This document shows positions 47,954 through 56,995 of a stretch of 64,000 nt of DNA, one piece after another. A model generated the notes under the pieces. It ran no database searches and was not told the DNA's origin. It was given only the letters and a program-made list of their open reading frames with translations. The position numbers and the translations under genes were made by a program. The DNA is from Rhodoglobus sp. (GTDB taxonomy: Bacteria; Actinomycetota; Actinomycetes; Actinomycetales; Microbacteriaceae), in NCBI GenBank assembly GCA_025464445.1, contig JAODLY010000013.1:26188-90187 (forward strand). The letters run 5' to 3'. The stretch's first letter is position 1. Every line of letters starts with the position of its first letter.

Positions 47954-48394
47954 GTGGCCGCGGATGCCGCGAGCCGCGGCATCCCGATCGAGATCGTTCC
48001 ACGACCCGCCGCATCTTCGCTCGAGGAGGCCGCCGGGCTGCTCGGGGTCGCTCCTGCGACGATCGTGAAATCGCTCGTGGTCAAGCGGCACGACGGCACG
48101 TTCCTGTTCGCCCTCATCCCCGGCGATCGGCAGATCTCGTGGGCGAAGCTGCGTGCGGCGGTCGGGGTCAACAAGCTGCAACTGCCCTCCCAGGAGCTCG
48201 CACTCGAGGCGACCGGCTACGAGCGTGGCACGATCACCCCGTTCGGCAGCACGACCGCGTGGCCGGTGTTCGCCGACTCCCGGATGACCGGGCGCATCGC
48301 GATGGGCGCGGGCGAGCACGGCTACAGCGCATGGGTGGACGCGGGCGACCTCATCCGAGGCTTCGACGCGACCGTCGCGGATGTGAGCGACTGA
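47954..48394 (+). CDS. YbaK/EbsC-family aminoacyl-tRNA deacylase-like protein
   Basis: The sequence reads IVKSLVVKRHDGTFLFALIPGDRQISWAKLRAAVGVNKLQLPSQELALEATGYERGTITPFG. I chose the GTG at 47954. A GTG at 47918 is also in frame, so the start is uncertain. Confidence 0.75.
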   Translation: MAADAASRGIPIEIVPRPAASSLEEAAGLLGVAPATIVKSLVVKRHDGTFLFALIPGDRQISWAKLRAAVGVNKLQLPSQELALEATGYERGTITPFGSTTAWPVFADSRMTGRIAMGAGEHGYSAWVDAGDLIRGFDATVADVSD

Positions 48395-48831
48395 TGCTCG
48401 ACGATAACCCGTGGGTGTTCCGGCATGAGGGCAGGCTCTGGGTGAGCGAACTGCCGCGTGAGGAGATGCTGCGCCAGGTCACCGACCAACGAGCCTGGGA
48501 TGTCGCGAACGCCCGGCATGAACGCTGGGGGCTGGCCATCGCGATCGGGGCCGCCGCCGGGGTGCTGACCTTCTTCGTGCTGGGATCCCTCGCCGGCCTG
48601 CCGCCCGTCATCAACCTGTTCGTGCTCCCTGTCGGCTTCGCTGTGGGAGCGGTGCTCGGCGCGGTCGTGAACAAGCGGGTGCGCGCGGTCGCGCTGCAGA
48701 ATTCGCCACTGCCGACGCGACCCGTCATCGCGGCTATGGTGCGCATCCCGCCCGAGGTCCTGAAGAAGGCGCCGGCCGATTCGACAGCCCGCCAGCTCAT
48801 CGACTGGTCGCGGCGTGGGTTCGTGGGTTAG
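48394..48831 (+). CDS. hypothetical membrane protein (145 aa, 2 TM segments)
   Basis: The sequence starts MLDDNPWVFRHEGRLWVSELPREEML and has two hydrophobic helices. The ATG overlaps the ybaK-like stop (TGATG). Confidence 0.6.
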   Translation: MLDDNPWVFRHEGRLWVSELPREEMLRQVTDQRAWDVANARHERWGLAIAIGAAAGVLTFFVLGSLAGLPPVINLFVLPVGFAVGAVLGAVVNKRVRAVALQNSPLPTRPVIAAMVRIPPEVLKKAPADSTARQLIDWSRRGFVG

Positions 48832-48980
48832 ACGGCGTCTTCGTCGAGCCTGCGGTTGATGATCGCCTGGTTGTGGTGGTCAGGAATCTCGCAGAAGTCG
48901 CCGTCGCATACTGCCGCGTCGGCGTCGCCGAACGGGACGAGCTTCACGATCTCGATGGGCATCGTGGCTGCGCTGGTCAT
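48828..48980 (-). CDS. possible small protein (50 aa) translationally coupled to the DsbA-like gene
   Basis: Hand translation gives MTSAATMPIEIVKLVPFGDADAAVCDGDFCEIPDHHNQAIINRRLDEDAV. The ATG overlaps the upstream TGA (ATGA), and GC3 is high. The ORF is below the track's length cut-off. Confidence 0.3.
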   Translation of the reverse strand: MTSAATMPIEIVKLVPFGDADAAVCDGDFCEIPDHHNQAIINRRLDEDAV

Positions 48981-49645
48981 GACACTGCTTCTTTCTGCGC
49001 CGCCTCGTGCTCGGCGGCCACTTGTGTTAGCACGTTAGCGAACGTTGCCGCCTCCTGAGCCCCTGACACCCCGTACTTGCCGTCGATCACGAAGAATGGG
49101 ACGCCCTGGATGCCGTACTCCTGGGCGAGGGCTACATCCGCCTTGACGTCTGCCAGGAACCGATGGCTCTCGAGCGCCTCCGTCACCTCGGCGCGTTCGT
49201 AGCCGAGCTCGACAGCTATCTCGACGAGATCCGGGATGCGCCCGACGTGCTCGCCGTTGATGAAGTAGGCCTTGAGCAGCCGCTCCTTCATCTCCAACTG
49301 GCGACCCTTGCTCTTCGCGAAATGGATGAGCTCGTGCGAGATCACCGTGTTCGTCTGGTGCACGTGGTCGTAGTCGTAGTCCAGGCCGACGCTCTTGGCG
49401 ATTCCGGTCACCCGTTCGAGCATGGGGAGCACCTGCTCGAGCTGCATGCCTTTGCGTTGCGCGAGGTACTCGGCGGGCGTGCCGTCGAAGTCGACGGGGG
49501 TGTCTGGCGCGAGTTCGAAGGAGTGGTACTCGACCTCGACCGGCACACGGGAGAGACCGGCTCCGGCCTCGAACTTGCGTTTGCCGATGTAGCACCACGG
49601 GCACTGCACGTCCGACCAGATGTCTACCTTGATGGGTTCAGTCAC
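48977..49645 (-). CDS. DsbA-family (FrnE-like) thiol:disulfide oxidoreductase
   Basis: The sequence IKVDIWSDVQCPWCYIGKRKF carries the CPWC active site. I prefer the GTG at 49645 (VTEPIKVDIW...). The ORF is open to a GTG at 49669. Confidence 0.82.
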   Translation of the reverse strand: MTEPIKVDIWSDVQCPWCYIGKRKFEAGAGLSRVPVEVEYHSFELAPDTPVDFDGTPAEYLAQRKGMQLEQVLPMLERVTGIAKSVGLDYDYDHVHQTNTVISHELIHFAKSKGRQLEMKERLLKAYFINGEHVGRIPDLVEIAVELGYERAEVTEALESHRFLADVKADVALAQEYGIQGVPFFVIDGKYGVSGAQEAATFANVLTQVAAEHEAAQKEAVS

Positions 49646-49684
49646 GTAGAACCCAACACGCCGCGGCACCCCGTATTCCCTGAC

Positions 49685-49701
49685 GCGTCAACTACGCCCC
49701 G
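49685..49701. repeat. 17-bp direct repeat, left copy (GCGTCAACTACGCCCCG)
   Basis: It is identical to 50890-50906 and lies just upstream of the DsbA-like gene. Confidence 0.9.
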
Positions 49702-49714
49702 CGGCCCCTCCCTT

Positions 49715-49813
49715 TTTCGGAAATTCAGGACTTGGCCGTCGATGAGACACGGCGCGCCGCGTCCCTCCGCGGCGCGGCGCGAACAATGTGCCGTAACTCC
49801 TGAATTTCCGAAA
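49715..49813. repeat. 99-bp palindromic unit E2 of the TTTCGGAAATTCAGGACTT family
   Basis: The arms are TTTCGGAAATTCAGGACTT (49715-49733) and AACTCCTGAATTTCCGAAA (49795-49813), with 1 mismatch. An internal GCGCCGCG...CGCGGCGC hairpin is present. The unit overlaps the last ~30 codons and the stop of the DUF559 gene. Confidence 0.85.
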
Positions 49814-50681
49814 CGTGGCCGCCACGGGCAGCGATCGCGATCGCTATCCCGCGCTGCACGTCAGGCCATTCGGTGAACACCATCCGTGCGGTTGGCCGCA
49901 TGGCGTGATATCCCGCAAGGGTGATGGCCAGGTCTTTACGCCTGTCCTGCTCGAAGCGGTCGACGTGGTACTCCCTGCCATCGACCTCGAGCCCCACAAC
50001 GTCGTCAACGACAAGGTCGATGCGCTCCAGCTCACCGACGGGAACCTGGCTGACGACAGTGTGGCCGGCCAACCTGAGGCGGGTGCGCGCGAGACTCTCG
50101 GGGAGACTCTCGCACTCGGCATCCACCCAGCGCTCGGTGAAGCGCCTGCAGGCTGGAACGCGCCGCATGAGCTCGTGGAAGTCGAAGGCGTCCATGATGC
50201 CCCCGTGCAAGGCCCAGTCGAGTGCGGCGACAGCGGTTTCGAGCGACTCGTCGGTGATCACCCTGACGAACGCATCCGCGAGGGCGACCGACATATTGTC
50301 ACCACGGTCGCCCAGCTCCGGCGAGTCCCAGTGCAGCTCGACCCCCGCCTTCGTGTAGTTGCCGATCCTCCGGTGGCGGTTCCACTGGTTGCGCAGTCGT
50401 GCCGAGTTCTCGGGGACAGAAACATGCAGTGGATGCGGCCCCAACACCCAGCCGCCCGCCCGTTCGATTGCCGAGACCCCGGTCAGCCGCCCTCCCACCC
50501 GCACTGCGCGCACCCGCGGGTCGGCGGCGGGCAGGGTGGTGTACCAGCCCTGCCGCGCCCGGCTAACCCCACCCGACCGCACGGCGCGAGTCAGGTCAAG
50601 GTCGCGAGCCCCGCGGGCGACGAGCTGGCGTTTCTGGGCCATTCCACCCAGGGCATCCACCCTTGAAGCGATGTCCGTCAT
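49725..50681 (-). CDS. AbiEi_4-like wHTH plus DUF559 (Vsr-like / PD-(D/E)xK fold) domain protein
   Basis: The N-terminus reads GGMAQKRQLVARGARDLDLTRAVRSGGVSRARQGWYT. The C-terminus reads IDLVVDDVVGLEVDGREYHVDRFEQDRRKDLAITLAGYHAMR, which is DUF559-like. Confidence 0.8.
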   Translation of the reverse strand: MTDIASRVDALGGMAQKRQLVARGARDLDLTRAVRSGGVSRARQGWYTTLPAADPRVRAVRVGGRLTGVSAIERAGGWVLGPHPLHVSVPENSARLRNQWNRHRRIGNYTKAGVELHWDSPELGDRGDNMSVALADAFVRVITDESLETAVAALDWALHGGIMDAFDFHELMRRVPACRRFTERWVDAECESLPESLARTRLRLAGHTVVSQVPVGELERIDLVVDDVVGLEVDGREYHVDRFEQDRRKDLAITLAGYHAMRPTARMVFTEWPDVQRGIAIAIAARGGHVSEIQELRHIVRAAPRRDAARRVSSTAKS

Positions 50682-50785
50682 AACGGCACTCTGGGCGACT
50701 CTCGCAGCCCTCTGCGGCGCCCGCGACCTTCGCTGGATAACCGGCGCCAGAGCAGCCCTGTGTAGGCCAGGCCGAGCGCGCCGCC

Positions 50786-50880
50786 TTTCGGAAATTCAGG
50801 AACTCAGGCCGCACGCCTGCGCGTCGCCCGCCGGGTTACTGGGGGCGAGCGTGTGGGCGTTCGGAAAGTCCTGAATTTCC
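50786..50880. repeat. 95-bp palindromic unit E3 of the TTTCGGAAATTCAGGACTT family
   Basis: The arms are TTTCGGAAATTCAGGAACT (50786-50804) and AAAGTCCTGAATTTCC (50865-50880). The unit lies 105-200 nt upstream of the DUF559 start and is followed by a G9 run. Confidence 0.8.
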
Positions 50881-50889
50881 AGGGGGGGG

Positions 50890-50906
50890 GCGTCAACTAC
50901 GCCCCG
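50890..50906. repeat. 17-bp direct repeat, right copy (GCGTCAACTACGCCCCG), containing the glyQS stop codon
   Basis: It is identical to 49685-49701. On the minus strand it reads CGGGGCGTAGTTGACGC, which is ...G-A-stop of glyQS plus 7 nt. Confidence 0.9.
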
Positions 50907-52282
50907 ATGAGCTGCCCGGCGAGGTAGGCGCGCAGGCCCTCGAGCGGGATGCGCTCCTGCGCCATCGTGTCGCGCTCGCGCACCGTCACGGCGTTGTCGT
51001 CGAGCGAGTCGAAGTCGATGGTGACGCAGAACGGCGTGCCGATCTCGTCCTGTCGGCGGTAGCGGCGGCCGATCGCGCCGGCGTCGTCGAAGTCGACGTT
51101 CCAGAGCTTGCGCAGGTCGGCGGCGACTTCCTTCGCGAGGGGCGAGAGCTGGTCGTTACGGGACAGCGGGAGCACTGCCACTTTGATCGGCGAGAGCCTG
51201 CGGTCGAGCCGCAGCACGGTGCGCTTGTCGACCCCGCCCTTGGCGTTGGGGGCCTCATCCTCGGCGTACGCATCGAGAAGGAACGCCATGAGCGCACGGG
51301 TGAGGCCGAACGCGGGCTCGATGACGTAAGGGACCCAGCGCTCGTCTTTTGTCTGGTCGAAGTACGACAGGTCGGTCCCGGAGGCCTCGGAGTGGGTCTT
51401 GAGGTCGAAGTCGGTGCGGTTCGCGACGCCCATGAGCTCGCCCCACTCGCTGCCCGCGAACCGGAACCGGTACTCGATGTCGACCGTGCGCTTGGAGTAG
51501 TGCGACAGTTTTTCGGCGGGATGCTCGTAGAAGCGCAGGTTCTCGGGGTCGATACCGAGGTCGACGTACCAGCGCATCGACTCGTCTATCCAGTACTGGT
51601 GCCACTCCTCGTCGGTGCCGGGCTCGACGAAGAATTCCATCTCCATCTGCTCGAACTCGCGGGTGCGGAAGATGAAGTTGCCCGGCGTGATCTCGTTGCG
51701 GAAGCTCTTGCCGACCTGGCCGATGCCGAACGGGGGCTTGAGGCGGGATGCCCCGAGCACGTTCGCGAAGTTCACGAAGATGCCCTGGGCGGTTTCCGGC
51801 CGCAGGTAGTGCAGCCCCTCCTCGTTGTCGACGGGACCGAGGTAGGTCTTCAGCAGGCCCGAGAAGTTCTGCGGCTCGGTCCAGGCGCCGGGCTGGCCGG
51901 TGTCCGGGTCCTTGATGTCGGCGAGGCCGTTGGCCGGCGGGTGGCCGTGCTTCTCCTCGTACTGCTCGAGCAGGTGGTCGGCCCGGTAGCGCTTGTGGGT
52001 GTGCAGGGATTCGACGAGCGGGTCGGAGAACACCTCGACGTGGCCGGAGGCCTCCCACACGCGGCGCGGCAGGATGACGGCCGAGTCGATTCCGACGACA
52101 TCGTCGCGACCCTGCACGATGGTCTGCCACCACTGCTTCTTGATGTTCTCTTTGAGCGCGGTGCCGAGCGGCCCGTAGTCCCAGGCGGAGCGCGAACCGC
52201 CGTAGATCTCTCCCGACTGGAAGACGAAACCCCTGCGCTTGGCGAGGTTGATGACGGCGTCGAGATTGCTGGGGGTTGCCAC
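50897..52282 (-). CDS. glyQS: glycine--tRNA ligase (class II, homodimeric GlyQS type)
   Basis: The sequence reads [40 protein letters not shown]...[25 protein letters not shown]. The GTG at 52282 lies 5 nt after GGAGCG and gives 461 aa. The track extension to 52684 was trimmed. Confidence 0.95.
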   Translation of the reverse strand: MATPSNLDAVINLAKRRGFVFQSGEIYGGSRSAWDYGPLGTALKENIKKQWWQTIVQGRDDVVGIDSAVILPRRVWEASGHVEVFSDPLVESLHTHKRYRADHLLEQYEEKHGHPPANGLADIKDPDTGQPGAWTEPQNFSGLLKTYLGPVDNEEGLHYLRPETAQGIFVNFANVLGASRLKPPFGIGQVGKSFRNEITPGNFIFRTREFEQMEMEFFVEPGTDEEWHQYWIDESMRWYVDLGIDPENLRFYEHPAEKLSHYSKRTVDIEYRFRFAGSEWGELMGVANRTDFDLKTHSEASGTDLSYFDQTKDERWVPYVIEPAFGLTRALMAFLLDAYAEDEAPNAKGGVDKRTVLRLDRRLSPIKVAVLPLSRNDQLSPLAKEVAADLRKLWNVDFDDAGAIGRRYRRQDEIGTPFCVTIDFDSLDDNAVTVRERDTMAQERIPLEGLRAYLAGQLIGA

Positions 52283-52335
52283 GTGCGCTCCAATAGTCAG
52301 CCGAGCTGGATGCCCGGTCGGCGGTGGAGGCAAGC

Positions 52336-53379
52336 TTACCGAAGGGCCCGCACCACCGATTCCACGTCGGACTCGTTGTTCCACAGGTGAAATGACGCCC
52401 GGAGCCGCCCCGCGCGACCGGACGCGCGGATGCCGGCGGCGATGAGCCTGCCCAGGTCGCCGCCGGAGGCATCCGGCCAGCTCACGATCGCCTGGTGCTG
52501 CTGCGGGATGCCCAACGCGTCGCACAGCGCGTCGCCGAGGCCACTCGTGCGCTCCCACACCTCGGCCATGTCGAGGCCGGCGAAAAGCCCAATGGACTGT
52601 TCCGCGCCGATCCAGGCCTGCCACGCCGGGGACACATCGAACCGCCTGGCGGTCTTCGCGAGGTCCATCGACGGGCCGTAGCAACTCTGCCAGACGTCGT
52701 CACCCGCGTACCAGCCGGCCTGCAGCGGCGTGAGTAGCGCGTCGAACTCCTCGGAGAGCGTCAGGAACGCGACCCCGCGCGGGGCGCACAGCCACTTGTA
52801 GGTGTGGCACACGGTCGCGTCGAACAACGACGCGTCGACCGGGAGCACCCCGGCCGCCTGGGTCAGGTCGCAGAACGTGAACGCGCCGTGCAGCTTCGCC
52901 GTTGCGACGATCGCGGGCACATCCGCGACTACACCACTCGACGACTGCACGAGCGAGAAGGCCACCAGCCAGGTCTTCTCGGTGATCGAATCAGCTAGTG
53001 CAGCAAGCGGAACAGTGCGCAGCACAATATCTGCGCGTTGCAGGAACGGGAACACTATCGAGGAGAAATCCCCGTCGACGCTGAGCACCTCGGCGCCGGC
53101 TGGCACTGCTGCGGCAAGGAGGGATGCCATGACCGAAGTCTGGGAGCCCTGCGCAATCCGTTCGACGGGCATGCCCACGAGCGAGCCGTAGGACGCCCTG
53201 GTGCGTTCTATGCCGGCGTCGTAGCCTTGCGGGTCGCGGTCGGCACGTGCCCAGGCCGTGAGGTCCGCAGTGAGGGCGTCCACGCTCTGGCGCGGCGGGA
53301 TGCCCACGGATGCCACCGCGAGATACCCGCGCGGATCGCCGAAGCTGTCGATCGCGGCCTGGAGCGCTGGGGAAGTCAT
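52336..53379 (-). CDS. aminotransferase class V-fold PLP-dependent enzyme
   Basis: The sequence [44 protein letters not shown]...[11 protein letters not shown] carries the PLP-lysine context. The start is either the ATG at 53379 or the GTG at 53439. Confidence 0.8.
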   Translation of the reverse strand: MTSPALQAAIDSFGDPRGYLAVASVGIPPRQSVDALTADLTAWARADRDPQGYDAGIERTRASYGSLVGMPVERIAQGSQTSVMASLLAAAVPAGAEVLSVDGDFSSIVFPFLQRADIVLRTVPLAALADSITEKTWLVAFSLVQSSSGVVADVPAIVATAKLHGAFTFCDLTQAAGVLPVDASLFDATVCHTYKWLCAPRGVAFLTLSEEFDALLTPLQAGWYAGDDVWQSCYGPSMDLAKTARRFDVSPAWQAWIGAEQSIGLFAGLDMAEVWERTSGLGDALCDALGIPQQHQAIVSWPDASGGDLGRLIAAGIRASGRAGRLRASFHLWNNESDVESVVRALR

Positions 53380-53460
53380 TGCTCCAGCATCCCCGGCGTC
53401 ACGCGCCGCGACAAGGTGCCAATCCTGCGGCGATGGCACCCGCCGCGCAAAGACGTTGCG

Positions 53461-54516
53461 TCAGACTGCCGCGGAGAGCGCGTGTGCGCGCTCGATGATG
53501 CGCACGACCTCGAGGGCGTCCTTCGGGTCTACCGGTGCCGGAGCGCCGTCGAGGATGCTCGCGGCAACGCCAGCGTAAAAGGCCGGGTAGTCCCCCGCCT
53601 CGGTCGGCACGGGCACGAGCCCGGCCTCTGAGCCGTCGATCCCGAGCAGGCCCCAATCGGCCTGCGGAGTGACCCCATAGCCTTCGGATCCCGGCCACTG
53701 GGCGAGCTTGAGCATGGGCTCCTGGCCGTCCAGCCCGTAGACCGTGTACCCGGACTCGGAGCCGAGCACCCGGAAACGTGGGCCGCTCTGAGCTGCAGCA
53801 CGGCTCATCGTGAGATGCGAACGCACGCCGCTCGAATGCAGCAGGGAGATGAACGAGTCGTCGTCACTCACGCTTCCCTCGCGGACGATGAGCAGCTCTG
53901 CGGCCTCCACGGTTGCCGGCCCGAAAAGCTGCAGCGCCTGGTCGATGAGATGGCTGCCGAGGTCATAGCTGATGCCGGCGCCCTGCTCGATTGTCGTGGT
54001 GTCCTGCCACCGGTCGCGGTTGGCGCCGCCCCAGCGCTCGAACGTGGACTCGAACCGGTGCACGTTACCGAGCCGACCATCCGCGATGAGTTTCTTCACC
54101 GTGAGAAAGTCGCCGTCCCACCGTCGATTCTGGAACACGGCGAGAACCTTGCCGACCTCCTCGGCCTTCGCGATGAGCTTCTTGGCATCCACGACTGTCG
54201 GCACGAAGGGCTTGTCGATGACGATGCCGGCGCCGGCCTCAAGCGCCGCGAGCCCCTGCTCGAGGTGGGTGTGCGCCGGGGAGGCGAGCACGACGAGGTC
54301 GAGGTCGCCGGCACGAGCGAGCAGCTCGTCGGGCGAGCCGACGATTGTCGCTCCGGGATGCTGCGCGCTCGCCTCCGCGGCCCGCTCCGGGCTGCTCGTG
54401 GAGATGAGATCCAACCGGAACGCCGGGTTTGTCGCGATGAACGGGGCGTGGAATACGCGGCCGGAGAGGCCGAAGCCGACGATTCCGGTGCGAATGGGCT
54501 TGGTGGTGGGCATCAA
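53461..54516 (-). CDS. Gfo/Idh/MocA-family oxidoreductase
   Basis: The N-terminal Rossmann region reads IRTGIVGFGLSGRVFHAPFI and is followed by EKPF-like IDKPF. Confidence 0.85.
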   Translation of the reverse strand: MMPTTKPIRTGIVGFGLSGRVFHAPFIATNPAFRLDLISTSSPERAAEASAQHPGATIVGSPDELLARAGDLDLVVLASPAHTHLEQGLAALEAGAGIVIDKPFVPTVVDAKKLIAKAEEVGKVLAVFQNRRWDGDFLTVKKLIADGRLGNVHRFESTFERWGGANRDRWQDTTTIEQGAGISYDLGSHLIDQALQLFGPATVEAAELLIVREGSVSDDDSFISLLHSSGVRSHLTMSRAAAQSGPRFRVLGSESGYTVYGLDGQEPMLKLAQWPGSEGYGVTPQADWGLLGIDGSEAGLVPVPTEAGDYPAFYAGVAASILDGAPAPVDPKDALEVVRIIERAHALSAAV

Positions 54517-54563
54517 GACAGCCTAGCCACTGCTGGCTCTTCTCCCGGCCGCGGGGTGGGCTG

Positions 54564-55367
54564 CTACGTTCCCGGCGCGTCCACCGCGCCGCCGAAGCGC
54601 CGGTTGCGCTGGGCGTAGATCGACACAGCCTCCCAGAGCTGCTCCCTGCTGAAGTCGGGCCAAAGCGTGTCGAGAAACACCATCTCCGCATAGGCGCTCT
54701 GCCAGAGCATGAAATTGCTCGTACGCTGCTCCCCCGAACTGCGCACGAACAGGTCAACGTCGGGCAGGTCGGGTTGGTAGAGGTGCTTCTGGATGGTCTT
54801 CTCCGTGATGCCGGACGGGCGCAGCCTGCCTGCCGCGACATCCGCGGCGATCCGCTGCACGGCATCCGTGAGCTCATTGCGCCCCCCGTAGTTGACGCAC
54901 ATCGTCAGGGTGAGCACGTCATTGCCGGCGGTGAGCGTCTCGGCGAACTGCAGTTCTTTGATCACGGATGCCCACAGCCGGGGTTTGCGCCCCGCCCAAC
55001 GCACCCGCACCCCCCAATCGTTGAGCTGGTCACGACGGCGGTGCAGCACATCGCGGTTGAAGCCCATGAGAAAGCGGACCTCGTCCGGCGACCGCGACCA
55101 GTTCTCCGTGGAGAAGGCGTACACGCTGAGGTGCTTCACACCGATCTGGATCGCCCCCGCAACGACGTCGAGCAGGCTCGCCTCGCCCGCCTTGTGGCCC
55201 TCGATTCGGGTGAGCCCCTTGCCGTTCGCCCAGCGGCCGTTGCCGTCCATGACTATCGCGACGTGCCCGGGCACCGCCTTGCGCGGCAGTTCCGGCGGAT
55301 AGATGCCCGTCCAGTCGATGGGCTTGAAGTCGACTGCGTCTTTGTGGGTCTTGCTTACCGGGCTCAC
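54564..55367 (-). CDS. uppS: isoprenyl (undecaprenyl/decaprenyl) diphosphate synthase, cis-prenyltransferase
   Basis: Motifs include [26 protein letters not shown] and [18 protein letters not shown]. It overlaps recO by 4 nt. Confidence 0.93.
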   Translation of the reverse strand: MSPVSKTHKDAVDFKPIDWTGIYPPELPRKAVPGHVAIVMDGNGRWANGKGLTRIEGHKAGEASLLDVVAGAIQIGVKHLSVYAFSTENWSRSPDEVRFLMGFNRDVLHRRRDQLNDWGVRVRWAGRKPRLWASVIKELQFAETLTAGNDVLTLTMCVNYGGRNELTDAVQRIAADVAAGRLRPSGITEKTIQKHLYQPDLPDVDLFVRSSGEQRTSNFMLWQSAYAEMVFLDTLWPDFSREQLWEAVSIYAQRNRRFGGAVDAPGT

Positions 55368-56092
55368 GCCGATCGGTCCACATGTTCCAGGGAACGCAGC
55401 GCGCGCTCGAGGTGAAACTGGGTGTACGCGGCGACGACGCCGCTGGCCTGGTTGCGGGCGCGTTCCTCCGCCGCCTCCGCCTCATCCCAGCGGCCCTCGA
55501 TGAGAGCGCCGAGCAGGCCGAGCGTGTCGAGGTCGAGCCGCGGGGTACCGGGCGGCGCCACCTCGTCGCAGACCACGCCGCCCAGCTGCACGACGAAGTA
55601 GGTGTGCGGGCCGGGCGCGCCCGTGACCGCACAGTCCACGAAGCTCGGGGCCCAGCCCGCGATCGAGAGAGCGCGCAGCAGGTACGAGTCGAGCGTGAGG
55701 CTGGGGTGGTGCTCCCGGCGCGAGAGCGAACGCAGGGCACCGACAAGCAGGAGGTACTGCTGCAGGCTGCCGTCGTCATCCGTGATCTTGTCTGCCGTCT
55801 CGACCATGACGCTGCCGGCCGTGTAGCTCGCGTAGTCGTCCGCGATCTCGGCGCCGTACGAGCCGAGCGACTCTGCCTGCTGCACGATGTCGAGGCTGCG
55901 CCCGATGTAGCACTGGATGTCGGCGACCATCATCGGCTCCAGTCGCGCCCCGAAGCGGGAGGCTGTGCGTCGCACGCCCTTCGCCACCGCCCGGATCTTG
56001 CCGTGCTGGCGGCTCAGCATCGTGACGATCCTGTCTGCCTCACCCAGCTTGTGGGTGCGCAGCACAACTGCTTCGTCACGGTAGGTCGGCAC
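55364..56092 (-). CDS. recO: DNA repair protein RecO
   Basis: The sequence [39 protein letters not shown] is a typical RecO N-terminus. The gene sits upstream of uppS, which is conserved synteny. Confidence 0.93.
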   Translation of the reverse strand: MPTYRDEAVVLRTHKLGEADRIVTMLSRQHGKIRAVAKGVRRTASRFGARLEPMMVADIQCYIGRSLDIVQQAESLGSYGAEIADDYASYTAGSVMVETADKITDDDGSLQQYLLLVGALRSLSRREHHPSLTLDSYLLRALSIAGWAPSFVDCAVTGAPGPHTYFVVQLGGVVCDEVAPPGTPRLDLDTLGLLGALIEGRWDEAEAAEERARNQASGVVAAYTQFHLERALRSLEHVDRSA

Positions 56093-56227
56093 CCATCAAG
56101 TATCCACTCCTCCACCGTCCGAGCCCGGGATGCCGCCTGTGAGTCGATCCCGCCGCACAGGCCGCAGTGATCCCCCTTGAGGTACGAATCGCCCCCAATT
56201 GGTTGGTGTTTTGGCCAGAATGGCACC

Positions 56228-56992
56228 ATGACCATCCTCGTCACGGGCGGCAGCGGCACCCTCGGAGCCCCCACCGTCGAACTCCTGCGCGCCGCGGGGG
56301 ATGAGGTGCGCATCCTCAGCCGCAAGCCCGGACCGGATCACGTGGTCGGCGACCTGAACACGGGTGACGGCCTCACCGCAGCACTCGAGGGCGTCGACAC
56401 CGTGCTGCACCTGGCGACGAGCACAGGCGCGAAGGATGTCGCGCAGTCCCAGCGCCTCGTGGACGCCTGCAACGCCACCGGCCGCGTCACCCACCTGCTG
56501 TTCATCTCGATCGTCGGGGTCGACACGGTGCCGTACTCGTACTATCGGGCGAAGTTCGAGAGCGAGAAGGTCATCGAGCGGTCGGGCATCCCGTTCACGA
56601 TCCTGCGGGCCACGCAGTTCCACGAGTTCATCGAGCTGTTCCTGCACCTGCAGCGAAAATTGCCGGTGATCTTCGGCCTCAACGTGCCCGACCAGCCGAT
56701 CGCGGCCGGCGAGGTGGCTCGGCGGCTGGTCGAGCTCGTCGATGCCGGTGCTTCCGGCCGGGTAGCCGACATCGGCGGACCGGAGCAACTACAGTTGCGC
56801 GATGCGATCGACAGCTGGCAGCTGGCGGCCGGAACACGGAAGCCGGTGTGGACGCTCCACCTGCCGCTCAAGTTGCTGAAGGCGATGCGGGCGGGACAGC
56901 ACATGACCGCTATGCCCGGCTACGGCAAGCAGACCTTCGCGCAGTTCGCCGCTCTCAAGGCGGGCAAAAGGCGCGCACCGTGGTACGAATGA
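56228..56992 (+). CDS. NAD(P)H-binding NmrA/SDR-like oxidoreductase
   Basis: The sequence starts MTILVTGGSGTLGAPTVELLRAAGDEVRILSR (Rossmann GxxGxxG). The ATG is at 56228. Confidence 0.8.
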   Translation: MTILVTGGSGTLGAPTVELLRAAGDEVRILSRKPGPDHVVGDLNTGDGLTAALEGVDTVLHLATSTGAKDVAQSQRLVDACNATGRVTHLLFISIVGVDTVPYSYYRAKFESEKVIERSGIPFTILRATQFHEFIELFLHLQRKLPVIFGLNVPDQPIAAGEVARRLVELVDAGASGRVADIGGPEQLQLRDAIDSWQLAAGTRKPVWTLHLPLKLLKAMRAGQHMTAMPGYGKQTFAQFAALKAGKRRAPWYE

Positions 56993-56995
56993 CGC

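Larger units (their letters stand above)
49702..50889. mobile_element. candidate 1.19-kb insertion (wHTH-DUF559 cassette) bounded by 17-bp direct repeats and inverted termini
   Basis: The direct repeats are at 49685-49701 and 50890-50906. The termini are CCCCTCCCTTTTTCGGAAATTCAGGACTT ... AAGTCCTGAATTTCCAGGGGGGGG. The segment holds a single ORF and no transposase or integrase. Confidence 0.55.

Noticed and set aside
46763-48319. 518-aa extent of the dus ORF, and the 595-aa extent of the glyQS ORF (50897..52684)
   Set aside because: The N-terminal extensions are low-complexity and overlap neighbouring genes (ybaK-like and the aminotransferase). Internal starts reproduce canonical protein N-termini.
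52283-52335. T-box or other leader upstream of glyQS
   Set aside because: Only 53 nt separate glyQS from the upstream gene, which is far too short for a T-box. No specifier or antiterminator features were seen.
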